Source of the DNA: an uncultured delta proteobacterium
Lineage (GTDB): Bacteria > Myxococcota_A > Polyangia > Fen-1088
Assembly (NCBI GenBank): GCA_963796685.1
Contig: CAWCMR010000009.1
Coordinates: forward strand, 224,001-288,000
DNA: 64,000 nucleotides
Direction: 5' to 3'
Shown here: in pieces, positions 58,382 to 64,000 of the stretch
How positions within the stretch are numbered: position 1 is the stretch's first letter
Layout: each line of letters starts with the position of its first letter
The notes under the pieces: generated by a model
Told to the model about the DNA's origin: nothing
The model's input: only the letters and a program-made list of their open reading frames with translations
The model's database searches: none
Position numbers and translations under genes: made by a program

Positions 58382-58407
58382 CGATTGTGATACTGGGGGT
58401 CTCTAGA

Positions 58408-59727
58408 CTAGACGTACCGGTTGATCTGGTTCTCCAGCAGCTCTTGCTGGCCCGAGCGCGGCTTGGGATCGATGTTCTGCTTGAGCACGCGGTCGGAGAG
58501 CTGACCGAGGTCGAGCTTGCGATCCATGATCTCCTTACCAAGGCCGCTGTTCCAGCCTTTGTAACGGGCGTCGATGGCGCCTTGGACTTTGCCGTCCTCG
58601 ATCATCTTGTCCGCGATGAGCAGGGCGCGCGCGAGAACGTCCATGCCGCCGATGTGGGCGTGGAAGAGGTCGGCCAGGTCGATGCTCTGGCGGCGCACCT
58701 TGGCGTCGAAGTTGAAGCCGCCGGTCTTGAAGCCGCCGGCCGCGACGATGTGGCGCAGGACCAAGGCCATCTCGCCTGCGTCGCTCGGGAACTGGTCGGT
58801 GTCCCAGCCGAGCAGGAGATCGCCGCGGTTCATGTCGATGCTGCCGAACAGCCCGTTGGCCACGGCGTAGGCCACCTCGTGCTCGAAGGTGTGTCCGGCC
58901 AGGGTGGCGTGGTTGTTTTCGATGTTGAGCTTGAAGTCGTCTTTGCTGAGTCCGTAGTTCTGGAAGAACGCGTACACGGCAGCGGAGTCGTAGTCGTACT
59001 GGTGCTTGGACGGCTCACGCGGCTTGGGCTCGATGAGCAGCGGACCCTTGAACCCGATCTTGTGCTTGTACTCGCACACCAGATTCATGAAGCGGCCCAT
59101 CTGATCGAGCTCGCGCTTCATGTCGGTGTTGACCAGGGACTCGTAGCCCTCGCGCCCGCCCCACAGCACGTAGTTCTCACCGCCCAGCTTCTGCGTGACG
59201 TCGAGGGCCTTCTTGACCTGCGCGGCGGCGTAGGCGAACACCTCGGGATCGGGGTTGGTGGACGCGCCCGACATGAAGCGGGGATTGGAGAACATGTTGG
59301 CCGTGCCCCACAAGAGCTTCACGCCCGTGCGCTGCTGGTGCGCGGCGAGCACGTCGACCATGCGGTCGAGGAGGTCATTGCTCTCGGCCAGCGACTTTCC
59401 CTCGGCCACCACGTCGCGATCATGGAAGCAGTAGTAGGGATTGCCGAGCTTCTGGAAAAACTCGAAGGCCGCAGCGGCCTTCTGCTTGGCCAGCTCCAGC
59501 TTGTCGCCGTCACCGTGCCATGGGCGGCCGAACGTCGCATCGCCGAACGGATCGCCGCCGGTGCCGCAGAACGTGTGCCAGTAGCAGACGGCGACGCGCA
59601 GTTGCTCGTCCATGCGCTTGCCGCGCACGATGCGGTTCTTGTCGTAGAAACGGAAACCAAGCGGATTCTGCGAATCCGGACCTTGGTACTGAATCGGTTC
59701 GATGCCGGGGAATGTTGGCTGTGCCAT
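58408..59727 (-). CDS. xylA: Xylose isomerase (class II)
   Basis: [50 protein letters not shown]. Confidence 0.97.
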   Translation of the reverse strand: MAQPTFPGIEPIQYQGPDSQNPLGFRFYDKNRIVRGKRMDEQLRVAVCYWHTFCGTGGDPFGDATFGRPWHGDGDKLELAKQKAAAAFEFFQKLGNPYYCFHDRDVVAEGKSLAESNDLLDRMVDVLAAHQQRTGVKLLWGTANMFSNPRFMSGASTNPDPEVFAYAAAQVKKALDVTQKLGGENYVLWGGREGYESLVNTDMKRELDQMGRFMNLVCEYKHKIGFKGPLLIEPKPREPSKHQYDYDSAAVYAFFQNYGLSKDDFKLNIENNHATLAGHTFEHEVAYAVANGLFGSIDMNRGDLLLGWDTDQFPSDAGEMALVLRHIVAAGGFKTGGFNFDAKVRRQSIDLADLFHAHIGGMDVLARALLIADKMIEDGKVQGAIDARYKGWNSGLGKEIMDRKLDLGQLSDRVLKQNIDPKPRSGQQELLENQINRYV

Positions 59728-59826
59728 GGGATCCTTTCCTGACGTTTGAAATGGGAACCTTGAAAAGGTTCCCATGCCCTCCCGCGATGGTCCGCAGCCG
59801 GCAGAGCCGGCTGGCTTCCCACGCGG

Positions 59827-61404
59827 TCAGGCGGACTGTTCTGACAAAACCTCTTTGATGTGTTGCTCGAAGGTGGCGCCAAGCTGCTGGTAGACAGCCC
59901 GCGTGCTGGCATCCGGCTCGACGGCCATGGAGCGGTCGGGCGGGGCGAATCGTGCGTACAAATCCTGCCACGCCAATCCTCCCACGCCCTGCGCGGCACG
60001 CAAGGCGCCTCCCAGGGCCGACGAGTTGGAGACGGAGAGCGGCATGATGGTGGCCTGGAACACGTCTGCCAGCACACGCAGGAGGCCCCGGTTTCTCGAC
60101 GCGCCGCCCGTGACCAGGACGGTCGTCATGGCCTCGCCAATCCAGTCGGAATGCAGGCGCATGCTGAGCGCCTGGGCCTCGACGACGGCGCGCGCCGAAG
60201 CCGCGCCGTCCTTCCCGGCCACGAACGCGTTGCTGCCAAACCAACGCGGCGACGCCTTGAGCACCCGCGGCGTAATCTCGGGAACGAAATACGGCAGCAG
60301 CATGTTGCCGTCGTTGCCCGGCTTGGTCTTGTCGACGATGGCGCTGGCAAAGTCATCCCAGGACAGGCCAAAACGGCGGGTGATCTCCTCGCGCGCCAGC
60401 GAGCCGTTCGAGAAGCAGGCCAGGGACATGAAGCCGCCGGCCGGGTTGCCGAACACGCTGCCGTAACCGCGTGGGTCGGTGCGCTTCGCGGCCATGGCCG
60501 TGAACACGGTGTCGCTCGTGCCGAGGCTGATCACGGCGGTGCCGGGCTTGCCGGCGCCCATGCCGATGAGGCTGCTCGGGTTGTCGCCGGTGAACGCGAC
60601 GATCTTGGTGCCGGGGGCGAAGCCGTACTTCTTCACGAAGTAGCCCGCGATCTCGCCAACCACGGTCGTGCTGGCCACGGGCTTCTTCAGCTTCGCGCGT
60701 AGCCCCGGAGCCGTCGCGTCGAGCAGGGCATCGCTCCAGTCGTTCCGCGCCAGGTCGAGAAGATTCATGCCCGCGCCATCGCCGAAATCGATGCCGGCGC
60801 TCTTGCCCACGAGCAGCGAGGCCATGAACGAGCTGACGAGGTGAATCTCCGCCGTGCGCTGCCACTCGGCCGGGCTGGTCTTGTAGAAGCGGCGGATCTG
60901 CGGCCCGGTGAAGCGCAAAGTCGCACGCGAGCCCGTGATGGCCGCGACCTGCTCGTCGCCGCCCGCGGCACGGGCGATCTCGGCGCACTCGGCACTGGTC
61001 GAGCTGTCCATCCAGATGGGCGAGGTGGCGCGCGCGAGCAGCGGTTTGACCTGCTCGTGAAGGGGCGCGGAGAGGGACCAGTCGCCGACTTCGTCCAGCG
61101 ACTTCGCGAGATAGACCGACCCATGCTGCTGGCCCGCCCCGCTGATGCCGCGGATCTTGCCGAGATCCACCCCTGCCGCGCGCAGGTCTTGCAACACCAG
61201 CTCGAGCGCCTCGACCCACATCAGGGGATCCGAGTGCTTGATCGACGCATCCTGGTTGGCCAGGAAGCCCTTGGGCGATTGATACTGCGGCAGGCGCTCG
61301 CCGAAGCTCACGCTTCGGTCGAGCACCACCTTGCCCGTGTCCGTGTCGATGAGCAGCGCCGAAAGACTCTGCGTGCTCGAATCCAGTCCCAGGTATTGCG
61401 GCAT
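59827..61404 (-). CDS. xylB: Xylulokinase (eukaryote/XKS1-type FGGY kinase)
   Basis: LGLDSSTQ, GAGQQHGSVY, SPIWMDSST, RFTGPQI, LVSSF, TGDNP, SLGTSDT, NGSLARE; adjacent to xylA. Confidence 0.88.
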   Translation of the reverse strand: MPQYLGLDSSTQSLSALLIDTDTGKVVLDRSVSFGERLPQYQSPKGFLANQDASIKHSDPLMWVEALELVLQDLRAAGVDLGKIRGISGAGQQHGSVYLAKSLDEVGDWSLSAPLHEQVKPLLARATSPIWMDSSTSAECAEIARAAGGDEQVAAITGSRATLRFTGPQIRRFYKTSPAEWQRTAEIHLVSSFMASLLVGKSAGIDFGDGAGMNLLDLARNDWSDALLDATAPGLRAKLKKPVASTTVVGEIAGYFVKKYGFAPGTKIVAFTGDNPSSLIGMGAGKPGTAVISLGTSDTVFTAMAAKRTDPRGYGSVFGNPAGGFMSLACFSNGSLAREEITRRFGLSWDDFASAIVDKTKPGNDGNMLLPYFVPEITPRVLKASPRWFGSNAFVAGKDGAASARAVVEAQALSMRLHSDWIGEAMTTVLVTGGASRNRGLLRVLADVFQATIMPLSVSNSSALGGALRAAQGVGGLAWQDLYARFAPPDRSMAVEPDASTRAVYQQLGATFEQHIKEVLSEQSA

Positions 61405-61461
61405 GGCTTGCTTCCCGTCCTTGTGCTTCGTCGTCGTTGAGAATGACCTGCGGCGAGCTGA

Positions 61462-62862
61462 CTAGCCCTTCATTTCCTCGAGCTCTTTGCCCTTGGTCTC
61501 GTGGATGAACTTGAGGATGAAGAAGATGGAGATGATCGCGCACACCGTGTAGAGGCCGTACGCGCCGCCCAGGCCGACGCCAGCGAGCAGCATGGGGAAG
61601 GTCATGGTGATGCCAAAGTTGGAGAGCCACTGGGCCAGGCCGCTGATGGCCAGCCCGGAGCCGCGGATCTGGTTCGGGAACATCTCGCCCAGCATGACCC
61701 ACATGACCGGGCCCCACGAGAAGTTGAAGAGCATGACGTACAGGTTCGCCGCCACGAGCGCGATGGGGCCCTCCATGCCGGTGAGTTGGAGGGAGCCATT
61801 CACGGTGTGGGCGGTACCGAACACCACGGCCAGCACGCCCAGGGTGATGGCCATACCGATCGAACCGATGAGCAGGAGCGGCTTGCGACCAACACGGTCG
61901 ATGAGCGCGGTGGCGAAGAAGCAGGCCAGGATGCTGACCCCGCCGCTGATGACGTTGATGAGAAGCGCGTCGCTCTCCTTGAAACCGGCGGATCGCCACA
62001 ACACCGCACCGTAATAGAAGACGACGTTGATCCCCACGAGCTGCTGGAAGCTGGCCAGCCCGATGCCGACCCACACGATGGGGCGGAAGAGCCGCTTCGA
62101 ATCGAGGATGTCGGTCAGCTTGGGGCGATGGTGATCGGCGACCATGGACGCGGCGATCTCGTCGAGCTTGGACTGGGCTTCCGATGCGCCCATGAGACGG
62201 GTCAGGACCGCCAGCGCTTTTTCTTTCTTTCCGCTGGCCACCAGGAAGCGCGGGCTCTCGGGGATGAAGAGCAAAGAAAAGAAGAAGGTAATGGAAGGAA
62301 TGGTCATCACCCAGAACATCCAGCGCCAGGCCTCGAGACCCAGGGCCAGCACGGAGGTGGAGCTGCCGGCGACGCGAGCCAGAACATAGTTGCTGAGGAA
62401 GGAGGCGAAGAGACCGCTGATGATGGCGATCTGTTGGATGGAAGAAAGCCTGCCGCGGTACTTCGCCGGGGTCACCTCGCTGATGTAGGCGGGGGCGAGC
62501 ACGCTGGCGGCGCCGACGGCCAGGCCGCCGAGCACGCGCACCACGATGAACTGGACCGAATTCTGGGCCAGGCCGGCCCCGAGCGCGCTGATGGTGAAGC
62601 ACACCGACGAGATGAGGAGAATGGTCTTGCGCCCGAACTTGTCGGCCAGCCAGCCGGCCATGAAGGCGCCCGCGGCGCAGCCAAGCAGGATGCTCGCGAC
62701 GTTGAATCCGGTGCCGGCCGAGTCCGAGTGGAAGGCCTTCTGCAGGCCCTCGACGGTTCCGTTGATCACGCCGCTGTCGTAGCCGAACAGAAAGCCCCCG
62801 ATGGTGGCCACCAGCGTGATGAGAACAATGAATGCGAAGTTGGTCGAACCTTTTTCGGACAT
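61462..62862 (-). CDS. Sugar porter family MFS transporter (XylE/GlcP-like)
   Basis: GGFLFGYDSGVING, PESPRFL, QQLVGINVVFYY, SWGPV.W..LGEMFP, ETKG. Confidence 0.95.
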   Translation of the reverse strand: MSEKGSTNFAFIVLITLVATIGGFLFGYDSGVINGTVEGLQKAFHSDSAGTGFNVASILLGCAAGAFMAGWLADKFGRKTILLISSVCFTISALGAGLAQNSVQFIVVRVLGGLAVGAASVLAPAYISEVTPAKYRGRLSSIQQIAIISGLFASFLSNYVLARVAGSSTSVLALGLEAWRWMFWVMTIPSITFFFSLLFIPESPRFLVASGKKEKALAVLTRLMGASEAQSKLDEIAASMVADHHRPKLTDILDSKRLFRPIVWVGIGLASFQQLVGINVVFYYGAVLWRSAGFKESDALLINVISGGVSILACFFATALIDRVGRKPLLLIGSIGMAITLGVLAVVFGTAHTVNGSLQLTGMEGPIALVAANLYVMLFNFSWGPVMWVMLGEMFPNQIRGSGLAISGLAQWLSNFGITMTFPMLLAGVGLGGAYGLYTVCAIISIFFILKFIHETKGKELEEMKG

Positions 62863-63062
62863 CGTGATCTTTCCTCTCTTGGGGATCCTGGTGTTTTGCC
62901 GCGCAGAGGCATCACGAGACAGACCAGCCAGAATGCGGCGCAGTCTAGTCATGCCGCCGAGTAGCGCACAAGCAGGGAATTTGTGCTAGTTGGCCTGCGA
63001 TCCTGCCTCACGGGCGTATACCCCCAAGGGGGACGGAATCCGCGGCCTGGGGGCGCCTCCTC

Positions 63063-64000
63063 CTAAAGGAGGTTGCTCGCAAGCTCGGCCAATTGCGAGC
63101 GCTCGCCCTTGGTCAGATTCACGTGGGCGTAGATGCTCTGCCCTTGCATCTTGTCGATCAAATAGGAGAGCCCGTTCGAGTGGCTGTTCAGGTAGGGGTG
63201 GTCGATCTGGAAGATGTCACCCGTGAAGACCAGCTTGGTGCCGTCCCCGGCGCGGGTGATGATGGTCTTCACCTCGTGCGGGGTCAGGTTCTGCGCCTCG
63301 TCGACGATGAAGTAGATGTTCACCAGGCTGCGCCCGCGGATGTAGGCGAGCGGCGCGATGACCAGCTTTTCCTCGTCGAGCATCTCGCGGATACGTTTGT
63401 GGCGAGCATCGGTCACCCCCCACTGGTTCTGGATGACGCCCAGGTTGTCGTACAGGGGTTGCATGTACGGGTCGAGCTTGGACTGGATGTCGCCGGGCAG
63501 GTAGCCGATGTCCTTGTTCGACAAAGGCACCACGGGCCTGGCCATGAAGATCTGGCGGTACTCCTTTTTGTGCTCCAGTGCCGCGGCCAGCGCCAGCAGG
63601 GTCTTGCCCGTGCCGGCTTTGCCCGAGATGCTGACCAGCTTGACCTCGGGGTTGCTGAGGGCGTTCAAGGCAAACGCTTGCTCGGCGTTGCGCGAGGTGA
63701 TGCCATAGGCGGTCAGCTTGTCCACCCGGCGGACCACCGCGCGGTCGCTGTCGTAGGTGGCCAGGGCCGACTTCTTGCCGTTGCGGATGATGAGGTACTC
63801 GTTGGGCCGGAGCGGCTCCTCGAAACGGAGGTCGCTCTCGTCGATGGTGAACGGCTGGGTGTACATGCGATCGACCAGCGGCCCGTCGACGTGCTCCTTG
63901 AGGCGAATCCCCGTGTACATCGAGGCGATGTCCTTGACGTGGTCGTTGCGGTAGTCCTGCGCCGTCAGCCCCAACGCCTTGGCCTTCATGCGCAGGTTGA
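63063..64000 (-). CDS. PhoH-family ATPase (PIN-PhoH/YlaK-like), 5' part outside the window
   Basis: [36 protein letters not shown]. Confidence 0.92.
   Translation of the reverse strand, partial: NLRMKAKALGLTAQDYRNDHVKDIASMYTGIRLKEHVDGPLVDRMYTQPFTIDESDLRFEEPLRPNEYLIIRNGKKSALATYDSDRAVVRRVDKLTAYGITSRNAEQAFALNALSNPEVKLVSISGKAGTGKTLLALAAALEHKKEYRQIFMARPVVPLSNKDIGYLPGDIQSKLDPYMQPLYDNLGVIQNQWGVTDARHKRIREMLDEEKLVIAPLAYIRGRSLVNIYFIVDEAQNLTPHEVKTIITRAGDGTKLVFTGDIFQIDHPYLNSHSNGLSYLIDKMQGQSIYAHVNLTKGERSQLAELASNLL

Overview
GC-rich window that looks like a myxobacterium (Myxococcota/Polyangia-like), judged from Gly-rich lipoprotein linkers, DUF4215-type Cys repeats and ECF/TPR-anti-sigma cassettes. In order it holds: a GH31 alpha-xylosidase-like lipoprotein; a sigma54-promoted YccM-like polyferredoxin; an RND pump; Cys-rich lipoproteins including a CHAP protein; two paralogous 'beta-barrel + ECF + TPR anti-sigma + secreted cargo' cassettes; a B12 radical SAM gene divergent from a PlsA/PlsR(Ger)-like ester-reductase pair, in which the PlsR-like subunit is fused to a GltD/DsrL-like flavo-FeS oxidoreductase; hflKC, DnaJ and SPFH genes; two divergent GcvH-like proteins without the lipoyl-Lys, next to a heme-c-motif histidine kinase, an NtrC-type activator and an archaemetzincin; a seven-gene GT-C/GT4/deacetylase/flippase glycosylation cluster; a dispersed hexamer-array MITE-like repeat; a barrel-GH3-porin locus; a lower-GC beta/gamma-crystallin islet; an IS5 element; a sugar porter-xylB(eukaryote-type)-xylA operon; and a partial PhoH-family gene. 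Three apparent +1 frameshifts suggest assembly indels. I saw no rRNA, tRNA or CRISPR array. All family calls come from reading motifs by eye, with no database search.
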